The position numbers and the translations under genes are program-made. DNA of 64,000 bases from Candidatus Marinacidobacterales bacterium (GTDB lineage: Bacteria > Acidobacteriota > Vicinamibacteria > Marinacidobacterales > DATDRI01), in contig OZ245365.1 in NCBI GenBank assembly GCA_965226495.1, forward strand, positions 5,888,001 through 5,952,000, in the 5' to 3' direction. Positions 9,649 through 19,466 of this stretch are shown piece by piece. How positions within the stretch are numbered: position 1 is the stretch's first letter; every line of letters begins with the position of its first letter. The notes under the pieces are model-generated. The model did no database searches. It was not told where the DNA came from and saw only the letters and a program-made list of their open reading frames with translations.

Positions 9649-10767
9649 ATGGATAGGCTAGTCACTGCGAACATCGCCGAACGTCCCACGAGGGCGGCGG
9701 CGAGCATTCTCGGAGTTGCGATTGGGATCGTTCTCATCGTCGTCACATCGGGTCTTGCGAAGGGAATGTTGCGAAGCACCGCGGAGCGGGAAAGCAACGT
9801 GGGGGCGGAGCTTTTGTTTCAACCACCTGGCAGCTTCGGGGCCGGCGTCACCACCACGCCTCTCTCACTACCGGTGCCATACGCGGAAGCGCTTTCGAAG
9901 CTCGATGGCGTTCAGGCCGCGACGCCGGTGGGTCGTTATGTGCGAAGTGGTGCGGGTGGGATCGGTTTCGAGCTGGTAGAGGGCATCGAATTCGAATCGA
10001 CGTCCGGTCACCAGAGCTATTCGGAGATCACGGGACTCACAGTGGTCGAAGGGCGGGAGCCCGAAGGCGATTTGGAAATCGTCATCGACCGTCAGCGAGC
10101 CGCCGACGGTGAAGCCGCAGTCGGTTCGACTATCGAGCTATTCGGCCGCGACTTCACGGTGGTCGGGATCTACGAGCCGGAGATGGGCGCGCGGATAAAG
10201 ATCCCCCTCAGTTCCATGCAGGAGCTGCTGGGCACTCATGACAAGTGTTCCTCGGTCCTCATAAAGACATCCACACCGGAGATGCAGGAAGCGGTTGCGG
10301 AGCGAGTCGAGGCGAGCTTTCCCGGCAACCAGATCATCTTCACGCGAGACATCCCTTCCTTCTACGAGAAGGGGATTCCGAGCCTGACCGTGTTTCTCGA
10401 CGTGGTGCTGGGGTTGGCGGTCGCCATCAGCGGATTGGTGGTTCTCTTGGCGATGTACACCGCGGTCTCGGCGCGAACTCGAGAGATCGGGATCCTCAAA
10501 TCGCTGGGAGCTTCAAGGCGCTTCATCGTTTCCATTATCGAAAAAGAAGCCCTTGCGATCAGCGGAATCGGCGTCGTGGTAGGACTCCTGTTTTCCTTGC
10601 TGGTGGGAACGGGCATTTCGGAACTGACTTCGTTAGTAGTGAAGATGGAGCCCATTTGGGTTTTGAAGGCTGGTCTCGTAGCTTTGCTGGCCGGAGCCGT
10701 GGGCGCTCTTTATCCGGCACTTCAAGCCGCCAAGCAGGACGCGGTGGAGGCGATATCACATGATTAA
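9649..10767 (+). CDS. ABC transporter permease, MacB/LolC-E/FtsX type
   Basis: TM1, periplasmic domain, [13 protein letters not shown] and three C-terminal TMs; GGAGG RBS before ATG 9649. Confidence 0.9.
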   Translation: MDRLVTANIAERPTRAAASILGVAIGIVLIVVTSGLAKGMLRSTAERESNVGAELLFQPPGSFGAGVTTTPLSLPVPYAEALSKLDGVQAATPVGRYVRSGAGGIGFELVEGIEFESTSGHQSYSEITGLTVVEGREPEGDLEIVIDRQRAADGEAAVGSTIELFGRDFTVVGIYEPEMGARIKIPLSSMQELLGTHDKCSSVLIKTSTPEMQEAVAERVEASFPGNQIIFTRDIPSFYEKGIPSLTVFLDVVLGLAVAISGLVVLLAMYTAVSARTREIGILKSLGASRRFIVSIIEKEALAISGIGVVVGLLFSLLVGTGISELTSLVVKMEPIWVLKAGLVALLAGAVGALYPALQAAKQDAVEAISHD

Positions 10768-11596
10768 GGAACTTCAGGTCGAGATGTCGAGCCCCGCTAG
10801 ATCCTGCGGGGCGTCCAGTGGGCGTTGGGTGGCACAAATCGAGCGCGGCAGGACGCCACTCGATAACTCGCCGACGGTGCTGGAGACGACTGGTCTCGAG
10901 ATGCACTACAAGATGGGGAAAGTGACGGTACCCGCCCTCCAAGGCGTAGATCTAGAGATCTTTCAGGGAGAGTTCGTTTCCATTATGGGTAGCTCTGGCT
11001 CGGGGAAGTCAACGTTGCTTCACGTCATCGGGGGGCTCTTGTCTCCCACCGGTGGCCGCGTCTTCGTTCGCGGGGAAGACATCACTTCCATGAGCGACTC
11101 TCAAAGAACGGATCTGCGGCGTAGAGAGATCGGCTTCGTCTTTCAACGATTCAACCTCTTCCCCACACTGAGCGTGGACGAAAACCTTGTGTTGGCAGAG
11201 AGAATTCATGCCGGGGGCAGTCCTCGTCACACCGGAGACCGGGCGCGGCGAAAGGAGCTTCTCGGCCTTTTGGGATTGGCCAAGAAACTCCATCACAAGC
11301 CGAGCGAGCTCTCGGGGGGGGAACAGCAGCGGGTAGCCCTGGCGCGTGCGGTGGTGAACCGCCCCTCGATTCTTCTCGCCGATGAGCCCACCGGCAACCT
11401 CGATTCGGAGAACTCGGAGATGGTTCTTGCCATGCTTCAAAAATTAAACGGGGAGCTCGGCCAGACCATCGCAATGATCACACACGACACCGAAGCGGCC
11501 AACTACTCGATGAGAATAGTTCGCATGAAAGACGGACAAATCTGTAGCGATTCGGCCGTTGAATCGCACCATGAGCGAGAAGTCTTCACCGGATGA
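10760..11596 (+). CDS. ABC ATP-binding protein, LolD/MacB type
   Basis: [28 protein letters not shown]; start uncertain. Confidence 0.92.
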   Translation: MIKELQVEMSSPARSCGASSGRWVAQIERGRTPLDNSPTVLETTGLEMHYKMGKVTVPALQGVDLEIFQGEFVSIMGSSGSGKSTLLHVIGGLLSPTGGRVFVRGEDITSMSDSQRTDLRRREIGFVFQRFNLFPTLSVDENLVLAERIHAGGSPRHTGDRARRKELLGLLGLAKKLHHKPSELSGGEQQRVALARAVVNRPSILLADEPTGNLDSENSEMVLAMLQKLNGELGQTIAMITHDTEAANYSMRIVRMKDGQICSDSAVESHHEREVFTG

Positions 11597-11605
11597 CTCC
11601 ATTCA

Positions 11606-11647
11606 CTAGTGTCCTGTATCAGTGGAATTGCTGATACGGGGCACGAG
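11606..11647. repeat. CTAG-ended palindrome (MITE/REP-like hairpin)
   Basis: CTAGTGTCCTGTATCAG-N8-CTGATACGGGGCACGAG. Confidence 0.55.
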
Positions 11648-11672
11648 CAACAAACAACAAGGAGGAGAATAA

Positions 11673-12089
11673 ATGAAACGACAAGCTTTGATGATTCTGC
11701 TAGGAGGGGCGTTTCTTGCCGCTTGTAGCAACTCGACTTCGGTTAGCACGCTCTCCGACGTGCAGGGCGAGTGGGAGCTTCAAGCCTTCGAGCTGAATGA
11801 CGGGAGCCTCCAACAGGTTCCCAACCCGGAAAATTACACCATCCTTTTTTCAGCCGATGGAAACGCGCATGCGCAAGTGGATTGCAATGTATGCAACGGA
11901 TCCTACGAAACCGAAGGGAATTCCATCAACTTTGGTCTCATGGCTTGCACCGTAGCGGCTTGTCCCCCGGGGTCTTTGGACTCGCAGTATCAAGCCGCTC
12001 TCGGCTCGACGTCCACTTTCGTGCGATCGGGATCCGAGCTTTCGCTTGGCTATACCGGGGGCACGATGCGGTACACCATCAGCGAGTAG
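11673..12089 (+). CDS. META-domain lipoprotein, paralog of 7015-7416
   Basis: Lipobox LAAC; DCNVCNGSY...CTVAAC. Confidence 0.85.
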   Translation: MKRQALMILLGGAFLAACSNSTSVSTLSDVQGEWELQAFELNDGSLQQVPNPENYTILFSADGNAHAQVDCNVCNGSYETEGNSINFGLMACTVAACPPGSLDSQYQAALGSTSTFVRSGSELSLGYTGGTMRYTISE

Positions 12090-12199
12090 CCGATGAATTC
12101 TCGGGAGGTTCATGCATGGCGGCCCACCCCGCCGCCTCCTCGAGGAACTTACGCCTCTCGTAGACCCGCCCACCAAGAATAATCCGCTCGACCTGCGTC

Positions 12200-12394
12200 T
12201 CACGTGCTGGGTCGAGCGAGAAGCAATACGCAGCCGAGCGTAGCAAGCCCTCCCAAGACGAGCAGGCTCAAATGCGTTCCGTCGCTAACGAAACGAACCG
12301 CGCCGTATAGGGCGAGGGCGTTACTGCAGAAATTGAACACCAGTCCCCAAACGCGGCCGGTCACCGGACCGTAGCGTTGGTCGAGGTCGATCAT
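12200..12394 (-). CDS. Small two-TM membrane protein
   Basis: ATGA overlap with the Nramp stop codon; MIDLDQRYGPVTGRVWGLVFN... Confidence 0.6.
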   Translation of the reverse strand: MIDLDQRYGPVTGRVWGLVFNFCSNALALYGAVRFVSDGTHLSLLVLGGLATLGCVLLLARPST

Positions 12395-13752
12395 CGCACC
12401 CACCATCCGAGTCGGTTGAAGATGTAGATGAGGGCGACTCCGTTGAGCAGCGTGATCTGGAGCATGATGCCCAGATTCCAAAGATACGATTTGGAGCGGT
12501 CTTCGCCCAGGACCTTACGATCGTTCAACAGTAAATAGAACGACCAACCGACGATGTTGTTCGCCAGCGACAAGAAGGCCCCGATCGCTACCACCAGCCA
12601 AACCGGCCGGTCGTACCAGACCGCGAGAAAGCCGATCTGCGGTGCGAGCGCGCTCAGTCGCCAACGCCAAGAGCCCGTATCGGGTTCCCAACCGAACGCT
12701 TCGTGGATAGCGATGGCTCCCGCCAGACTCATGCCCACGGTCGTCGTCACCGGCACCGCCAAAAACGCCACGAAGAAAAGCGCTTGCGACCAGGTTGGTC
12801 CCAGCAGAGGCATAAGGGATCCTGCAAGCTCGGTGGCGGTTTCCGGGAAGAGCCCGACTTTATGAAGCGTTCCCGCGAAGACAGCCATGACCAAATAGTT
12901 CACAAGTACGAAGGGTAGGAAGAGCCCGAAGACGATGTCGAACCGGGCGAGGGGCTCGTGCTTTCGTCCCCAACCGCGGGCTAGTCCGGCGTACTGAAAG
13001 AAAACCCAATCCATGACACCGATCGCAGCCGCGGAAGAGGCGACGAACAGATCCACACCCTCGACCCCAGATGGAAGCCAGGGGACGAAGAGCCCACGCA
13101 GCATGGCGCTCCAATCGACTCCGACCAGCACCAGACAGATCGCGAAGCTCACCAGCATGACCCCGATGCTGATCTTCATGAAGTTCTCGACCAACTTGAT
13201 GCCGCGTTTTCCCCGTCCATAGCTCAACGTCAAGCAGGTAGTGACCGCCATGTAGAGCACCCAGTTGTATTGACGAGGGAACTCGAACCCCAACAAAGGC
13301 GTTAGCGACTCGATGAAATGCGTGCCCAAGCTGTACTGGCCCCAATTGAAGAGGATTGCGACCGCGGCGGTGCCGACCAGCGCCGTCATCAGGGAGCCAA
13401 TGATCCAACCGTGATGCTCGTTCTGGAGGGCGATGACGCGAAAACCGCGGGTGGTGAACCGTGCGCTTGCGGCCATCATGAAACAGCCCAAGCCCATGGA
13501 TACCCAGAGAAGCCACATGGTTTTGTAGCCGAAGGTGGCGCCCGAGAGCATGGCGGCGGTCAAGGTGCCCCCACCGAGGGTCAGCGCCGCATCCATGAAG
13601 CCCGGGCCCCCGAGCCGCAAGTAGCCCGGAAGTCGAGACAACCAGGGCGCCTTGTCCAGTCGGTCGAGCTCTTTGATTTCGGCCTCGAGCTCGGCAGGCG
13701 GAATGGCCTCGGCAAGGGGATAGCGCTCGGTGCCTCGCTCGGTTTGAGCCAT
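12391..13752 (-). CDS. Nramp-related divalent cation transporter
   Basis: GPG...LTLGGG...SGATFGYKTMW, many TM segments; start reassigned to ATG 13752. Confidence 0.8.
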   Translation of the reverse strand: MAQTERGTERYPLAEAIPPAELEAEIKELDRLDKAPWLSRLPGYLRLGGPGFMDAALTLGGGTLTAAMLSGATFGYKTMWLLWVSMGLGCFMMAASARFTTRGFRVIALQNEHHGWIIGSLMTALVGTAAVAILFNWGQYSLGTHFIESLTPLLGFEFPRQYNWVLYMAVTTCLTLSYGRGKRGIKLVENFMKISIGVMLVSFAICLVLVGVDWSAMLRGLFVPWLPSGVEGVDLFVASSAAAIGVMDWVFFQYAGLARGWGRKHEPLARFDIVFGLFLPFVLVNYLVMAVFAGTLHKVGLFPETATELAGSLMPLLGPTWSQALFFVAFLAVPVTTTVGMSLAGAIAIHEAFGWEPDTGSWRWRLSALAPQIGFLAVWYDRPVWLVVAIGAFLSLANNIVGWSFYLLLNDRKVLGEDRSKSYLWNLGIMLQITLLNGVALIYIFNRLGWWVR

Positions 13753-13851
13753 GGGATTGTGGGTAGTTATACCACCCTTCTTTTCCCGGTTTTGGCTTGG
13801 TGTTGGGCCACTTTGTGTTCCAAGAGGGCTTTGAACTATTCTTGACGTCCA

Positions 13852-14931
13852 ATGCCTGTATCCGAAGCAGACACCATGAGGGCGGTCGTGATTCATGAGC
13901 ACGGCGGCCCGGAAGTACTCAAGCTCGAACCGGCTTGGCAGCGACCGAAGGCCGGGCCGGGTGAGATCCGGGTCAAGATCAAAGCGTGCGCTTTGAACTT
14001 TCTGGATGTTTTCGTTCGCGAAGGGATGCCCGGCGAGCCGACACCCCTTCCTCACATTACCGGCGGTGATATTGCAGGTGTGGTCGATTCCGTGGGGGAG
14101 GGTGTGACGCGACCAGCGGTAGGCGATCGCGTGCTTCTGAATCCCACCTGGGGATGCGGCACGTGCGAGTACTGCCTCGAGGGTCAGACACCGCGGTGCC
14201 TGCGGATACACATGTTGGGCGAGGTTGAGCCCGGCGGCCTCGCGGAATATGTGGTCTGCCCCGCCGGTCAAGCGATCCTGATTCCCGCGGGTTACTCGTT
14301 CGACGCCGCCGCGTGTTTGCCGGTTACCTACGGGACCGCTTGGCGCATGGTGGTGACGCATGGGCGCGTGAAGCCGGGGGAAGTTGTATTGGTGCTGGGT
14401 GCAGGAGGCGGCGTTGCGGTAGCCGCGATGCAGATCGCGAAGCTCCTGAACGCTCGGGTCATCGCAACTGCATCCACCGCAGAGAAGCTGGCTCGGGCCA
14501 AGGAGTTCGGGGCCGACGACGTCATTAACTATGTCGAGGATGAGGAGTGGGACCAGGCTGTTCGGCGGCTCACTGGAAAACGTGGGGTGGAGGTGGTGAT
14601 CGAGTCGGTCGGTGCCGCCACTTGGGAAGGTAGCATCCGGGCGCTCGGCAAGGGGGGGCGCCTGGTAACCTGTGGTGCTACTTCGGGTCCTATCGGCCCT
14701 ACCGACATCCGCTATCTATTTCGGCGCGAGCAGAAACTTCTGGGCAGTAACGGTTGGACTCATGAGGAGCTCGAGGAAGTCACCACCCTAGCCTTCGAAG
14801 GCAAGCTCCGCCCGGTAGTGGATCGAACGCTGCCTCTCGAACGCACCGCCGAAGGAGAGATCGCTCTCGAGAAACGCGAAGTCTTCGGAAAAGTCGTCAT
14901 CCGACCGGAGAATGGAGATGCTGCCCGATAA
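13852..14931 (+). CDS. Zinc-binding MDR alcohol dehydrogenase/quinone oxidoreductase
   Basis: CGTCEYC...C structural Zn site, GAGGGV, GATSG. Confidence 0.9.
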   Translation: MPVSEADTMRAVVIHEHGGPEVLKLEPAWQRPKAGPGEIRVKIKACALNFLDVFVREGMPGEPTPLPHITGGDIAGVVDSVGEGVTRPAVGDRVLLNPTWGCGTCEYCLEGQTPRCLRIHMLGEVEPGGLAEYVVCPAGQAILIPAGYSFDAAACLPVTYGTAWRMVVTHGRVKPGEVVLVLGAGGGVAVAAMQIAKLLNARVIATASTAEKLARAKEFGADDVINYVEDEEWDQAVRRLTGKRGVEVVIESVGAATWEGSIRALGKGGRLVTCGATSGPIGPTDIRYLFRREQKLLGSNGWTHEELEEVTTLAFEGKLRPVVDRTLPLERTAEGEIALEKREVFGKVVIRPENGDAAR

Positions 14932-16462
14932 CCTGGGGCACATCTTCGAAGTCCCGTTACGCGTCACCCCCGACGCGCCCGCCGTCTTTCAGGACGACAC
15001 GGTACTCTCGTTCCAAGACCTCGAGGCTCGATGTAATCGAATGGCCAATGCCCTCCGCGGGATCGGCGTCTGCGAGGGCGCGCGTGTGGCCCTGATGTTC
15101 AGCAACGATTACCGCTTCCTGGAATCAGCTTTCGGCCCGATGCGCCTCGGGGCGGTTCCGGTCCCGCTCAACACTCGGATGAGTGATGAAGCCCTGAGCT
15201 ACGTGCTCCACGACTCGGAGGCGTCGGTTCTCATCGCTAATCGAGACATGGCAGATCGCGTCCGGCTCATCGCGAAGGACGTGCCGAGTTTGAAAAACAT
15301 CATCGTTGATGCTCAGGCGGGCGATGGATTCCTTTCCTATGACGAGCTTCTCGACTCGCAGTCTGATCGCCTCGAGCATCGCCGCACCGATCCCGATGAG
15401 ATCTGCATGCAGCCATACACGTCCGGATCGACAGGTAAGCCGAAGGGTGTTCTTCTCACCCACGGCGGCCAGATTTGGAACACCGACATCTTGCGCAAGG
15501 CCTTTCACGCGGACCAGAGCGAGCGGGCCCTCATCTCCGTGCCTCTGTATCACAAGAACGCGATGATCGGAGCGGTCAAGCCTTTCTTGCTCGCCGGCGG
15601 CTCACTCGTGATCTTGCCCGGCTTCGATCCGCTTCAGGTGATCGAAGCGATCGAGCGCCATCGCGTGACTTACCTGACCGGCGTGCCGGCGATGTACAAA
15701 ATGATCCTCGCGGAAAGAGAGGCCCTGGCTCGGCATGACGTGAGCTCCATCCGTTACGCAGTCTGCGGCTCGGCCGAGGTCCCCGAGGAGCTTCTAGAAG
15801 AGTTCGGTCGTGTTTTTGGCGCGCCGATGGCGGAGAGCTACGGTCTCACCGAGGGTGGGCCGGTGCCGATCGTGAATTCACGGTGGGGACTCAAAAGGCA
15901 GGGAAGTTGCGGGACCGCTTTTCCAGGATGCGACGTGAAGCTGGTTGCCGAAGACGGGTCCACCGAAGTGGGCCCGAACGAAGTCGGGGAGCTTGCCACA
16001 CGCAACCCGGGTCTGGCGAAAGGGTACTGGAAGCGGCCGGAGGCCACGGCCGAGAGATTCCGCGATGGTTGGCTTTATACCGGAGACCTGATGCGCCGAG
16101 ACGAAGACGGCTTCTACTATTTCCTGGGACGACAAGACGACATGATCAACGTCGGCGGCGAAAACGTGTATCCCAAGGAAGTTGAAGACGTTCTTCTAAG
16201 GCATCCTCAACTAAAGGACGCGTGCGTTGTCCCGGTGCAGCACGTAGTGAAAGGAGCAGTGCCGGTGGCCTTCGTCGTAGAACGAACCGAGGGGCGAACT
16301 TCGGAAGAGGACATCAAGGGCTTTTTTCTCGAGAACGGAGCGGCCTACGCGCACCCGCGACACGTTTTCTTTCTCGAGCGCCTCCCGCTCGGCGGTACCG
16401 GAAAGCTGGACCGCGCCGCCCTCCGCGCCATGGCAGAGGAGAGAGTGAGTAGTCGTGAATGA
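14912..16462 (+). CDS. Acyl-CoA synthetase (class I adenylate-forming)
   Basis: YTSGSTGKPKG, YGLTE, TGD, GENVYP, GKLDR. Confidence 0.92.
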   Translation: MEMLPDNLGHIFEVPLRVTPDAPAVFQDDTVLSFQDLEARCNRMANALRGIGVCEGARVALMFSNDYRFLESAFGPMRLGAVPVPLNTRMSDEALSYVLHDSEASVLIANRDMADRVRLIAKDVPSLKNIIVDAQAGDGFLSYDELLDSQSDRLEHRRTDPDEICMQPYTSGSTGKPKGVLLTHGGQIWNTDILRKAFHADQSERALISVPLYHKNAMIGAVKPFLLAGGSLVILPGFDPLQVIEAIERHRVTYLTGVPAMYKMILAEREALARHDVSSIRYAVCGSAEVPEELLEEFGRVFGAPMAESYGLTEGGPVPIVNSRWGLKRQGSCGTAFPGCDVKLVAEDGSTEVGPNEVGELATRNPGLAKGYWKRPEATAERFRDGWLYTGDLMRRDEDGFYYFLGRQDDMINVGGENVYPKEVEDVLLRHPQLKDACVVPVQHVVKGAVPVAFVVERTEGRTSEEDIKGFFLENGAAYAHPRHVFFLERLPLGGTGKLDRAALRAMAEERVSSRE

Positions 16463-16851
16463 ATGAAAACGAAATCCGAATCGACGATTCTCCCTATCAG
16501 CGGTTTTTGGGCGTGGAGATGGTTCGCAGCGAGGACGGCATGGTGGAGATTCGATTGCCCTTTCGCGATGAATTTCTGAGACAAGACGGATCCGACTGGT
16601 TGCACGGGGGTGTGATCAGCGCTCTCATCGACCTCGCCGGCGATTACGCGATCACCACCAAAGCGAGCGGCAACGTTCCCACTATCGATCTGCGTGTCGA
16701 CTATCTCCGGCCAGCCCGTAAAGGAGATCTGGTCGCCGTCGGACGTGCTGTCAAAGTAGGCCGCACCATCGGTGTCGCCGACGTCGAGGTTCGAGATTCC
16801 AATGGAGCGTTGATCGCCGTGGGTCGCGGCACCTATGCCGTGCAGAAGTGA
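16459..16851 (+). CDS. PaaI-family thioesterase
   Basis: LHGGVISALID, TIDLRVDYLRPA. Confidence 0.9.
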   Translation: MNENEIRIDDSPYQRFLGVEMVRSEDGMVEIRLPFRDEFLRQDGSDWLHGGVISALIDLAGDYAITTKASGNVPTIDLRVDYLRPARKGDLVAVGRAVKVGRTIGVADVEVRDSNGALIAVGRGTYAVQK

Positions 16852-16918
16852 CGCCTGGCTAGCTCCATGCGAGGCAACCGCCTATTTTGGCGTCCCTCAG
16901 TCAAAGCGCAGAGAGTGT

Positions 16919-18232
16919 TCAACGACGGAGAATCGGCAAAGCCAACGGCGGAGTGTTAATGAAGTCCAGCGATTTTATCTCGGCCAACGCTCTCTCGAGT
17001 GCGGGAAGGGGAGTCGGGTCGACGGAAATGACGAAGGGTAAGTTGTCTCGCTCGTGCCAGCTTTCCTGTAGCACCGAATCGATGTTGATCTTGTGACGAG
17101 CCAGGATCTCAGCGAGGGTGGCGATAATCCCCGGCTGGTCGCGGATAAAGAACCTTATGTAGAAAGGCCAGCTTTCTAGCGGCGAGAAATCTTCTGCGCT
17201 GGCGTTGTTATCAGCCGATGGAGCGGTAAAGACAGTCTTTCCTTGCCGCCAGCGAGCTGCATTCAGGATGTCGGCCACGACGGACACCGCCGTCGGATTA
17301 CCTCCTGCGCCCTCGCCGCTGAAGAGGGCAGAGCCGAGCCGCGCGCCAGTCACCTCGACCGCGTTCACCACTCCCGAGATCTTCGACAAGGTAAGCTTTT
17401 TGTCGATCAAGAACGGGCTTACCCACATAGAGACATTCTTCTCGCCGAGGCTTGCCACGCCCAGCATGCGTATCGTCGTCCCCATTCGGTTTGCGTAGAG
17501 GAAATCGACCGGATCGATCTCGGAAATACCCTGGGTAGCCAACTGCTCTGGCTTGGCCCATCGGCCGAAGGCGAGGGCAGCCAGGATCGTCAATTTGTCG
17601 GCGGTATCTCTGCCGGAGACATCGAGCGAGGGATTGGCCTCCGCGTAGCCGAGCTCCTGAGCCTGAGCCAAGACGTCTCCGAATTCCCGTTCCGTCTCCG
17701 CCATCTCAGAAAGAATGAAATTACACGTCCCGTTCAGAATCCCCCGGATGGAGAGAATACGATCCGCCACGAGAGAGCGTCGCAACAAGCGAAGAATGGG
17801 AATGCCTCCCGCCACCGACGCTTCGAAGCCGAGGTAGGCCTCCCTCTTTTCAGCCAGCTCTAGGTACTGGTTTCCCGACTCGGCCATCAGCTGCTTGTTG
17901 GCGGTCACCACAGCCTTTTGCTTCTGCAAGCCCTCCCGAATGATCCGATCGGCGGGGTCCGTTCCCCCGATCAACTCGACGATGATGTCAGCGGGGCTAG
18001 CCAGGAACTCGTCGATCGAATCGGTTACCGCAACACCTGGCGCCAAAGTGGAGAGATCTTTCTTATGGTGGCTGCGGTCGAGAATCAGGCTGAGCTCGAG
18101 ATTCGAACCGCTGGTCTTCTGCAAGCGGGCGCTATCTTCTTTCAGTTGCCGGACTACTGCGCGTCCCACGGTGCCCAGGCCGGCGAGGGCGATTCGCGAG
18201 CGGGGGGGAGAGCCCTTATCGCTTTTCGACAA
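16919..18232 (-). CDS. hom: Homoserine dehydrogenase with ACT domain
   Basis: GLGTVG, VVTANK, EASVAGGIP, GILNGT, GYAEANP. Confidence 0.95.
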   Translation of the reverse strand: MSKSDKGSPPRSRIALAGLGTVGRAVVRQLKEDSARLQKTSGSNLELSLILDRSHHKKDLSTLAPGVAVTDSIDEFLASPADIIVELIGGTDPADRIIREGLQKQKAVVTANKQLMAESGNQYLELAEKREAYLGFEASVAGGIPILRLLRRSLVADRILSIRGILNGTCNFILSEMAETEREFGDVLAQAQELGYAEANPSLDVSGRDTADKLTILAALAFGRWAKPEQLATQGISEIDPVDFLYANRMGTTIRMLGVASLGEKNVSMWVSPFLIDKKLTLSKISGVVNAVEVTGARLGSALFSGEGAGGNPTAVSVVADILNAARWRQGKTVFTAPSADNNASAEDFSPLESWPFYIRFFIRDQPGIIATLAEILARHKINIDSVLQESWHERDNLPFVISVDPTPLPALERALAEIKSLDFINTPPLALPILRR

Positions 18233-19466
18233 CGCGTTTCCTCTCGAGATTCTCGAGATCAAACTCGCGGTGGATGGCGCGGACCGCGTCGGGAAGCCGA
18301 TCGCGGTGAATCACGCAGGCGATCCGGACCTCAGAGCTACTGATGAGCTCGATGTTGATGCCCTCATTGGCCAGTGCTTGAAACATGCGTCCCGCAACGC
18401 CGGGCGTGCTCGCGATCCCAGAGCCGATCACGGAGACTTTGGCCACCTCGGTGTCCACCAGAACCTCGGTGGAACCAACCCCCTCGGCGATCTTGCGGAG
18501 CACTTCGGCTGACCTCTCGGCATCATCTTCGGAGATGATGACGGAGACGTCGTTACTCTGGTCATGCCGGATACCCTGAATGATGAGTCGGATGTTGATC
18601 CCAACATCGGCGAGCGCGGTCGAGATGTTCGCCGCTACCCCTGGTACGTCTTTGACCTGGGTCAAAGCGACCCTAGCCACATTGGGATCTCCCGTACAAC
18701 CGGTTATCGCTACTTTCTCCAACTCTTCCTCCTTGACGATGGTGGTTCCGGGGCGTTCGTGAAAACTGGAACGCACCTGCAACGGAACGTTGAATCGGGC
18801 GGCCACTTCGACCGATCGCGGGTGAAGGACCCGAGAGCCTGCCGCTGCGAACTCGAGCATCTCTTCATAGCTTATCCAGGGGAGCAGTCGCGCCTCGGGG
18901 ACGATACGGGGATCGGCAGTGAATACGCCGTCGACGTCGGTGTAAATTTCGCATAGCGGAGCTTCGAGAGCCGCCGCCAAGGCGGTGGCGGTAAGATCGG
19001 AACCGCCTCGGCCAAGTGTTGTGATCTCATCGTCGGAAGTCACTCCTTGGAAGCCGGCAACGATAACGATGTCTCCTCGTCCGAGGATATCCAAGATCTT
19101 TTGAGTCGAGATTTCCTGGATGCGGGCACGCGTGAAGTTGTCGTCGGTCTGAATCCCGCACTGGGCGCCGGTGAGTGCGGTTGCCTTCTCCCCATGCTCT
19201 TGAACCGCCATCGCCAACAAGGCAATGGAGATCTGTTCACCCGTTGTTAGCATCATGTCCAGCTCGCGAGCCTGAGGCTGCTTGGTCACACGCCGCGCCA
19301 TGCTGAGCAGCTGTTCGGTGGTATCGGCCATGGCGGAAGCCACGACCACTTGAGGAACTCCGCGACGGTGCTCGTCTACTAGGTCCTTGGCTACTTTGCG
19401 GATTTTCTCCGGCGACCCAACGGAACTTCCACCGTACTTCTTTACACGAGTACGGCGACCGATCAT
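18216..19466 (-). CDS. lysC: Aspartate kinase
   Basis: KYGGSSV, TTLGRGGSD, TDVDG and two ACT domains; ATGA overlap with the upstream gene. Confidence 0.95.
   Translation of the reverse strand: MIGRRTRVKKYGGSSVGSPEKIRKVAKDLVDEHRRGVPQVVVASAMADTTEQLLSMARRVTKQPQARELDMMLTTGEQISIALLAMAVQEHGEKATALTGAQCGIQTDDNFTRARIQEISTQKILDILGRGDIVIVAGFQGVTSDDEITTLGRGGSDLTATALAAALEAPLCEIYTDVDGVFTADPRIVPEARLLPWISYEEMLEFAAAGSRVLHPRSVEVAARFNVPLQVRSSFHERPGTTIVKEEELEKVAITGCTGDPNVARVALTQVKDVPGVAANISTALADVGINIRLIIQGIRHDQSNDVSVIISEDDAERSAEVLRKIAEGVGSTEVLVDTEVAKVSVIGSGIASTPGVAGRMFQALANEGINIELISSSEVRIACVIHRDRLPDAVRAIHREFDLENLERKRVVEKR

Noticed and set aside
13753-14361. N-terminal extension of the 656-aa Nramp ORF
   Set aside because: It is antisense to the ADH gene; transporter-like sequence begins after ATG 13752.
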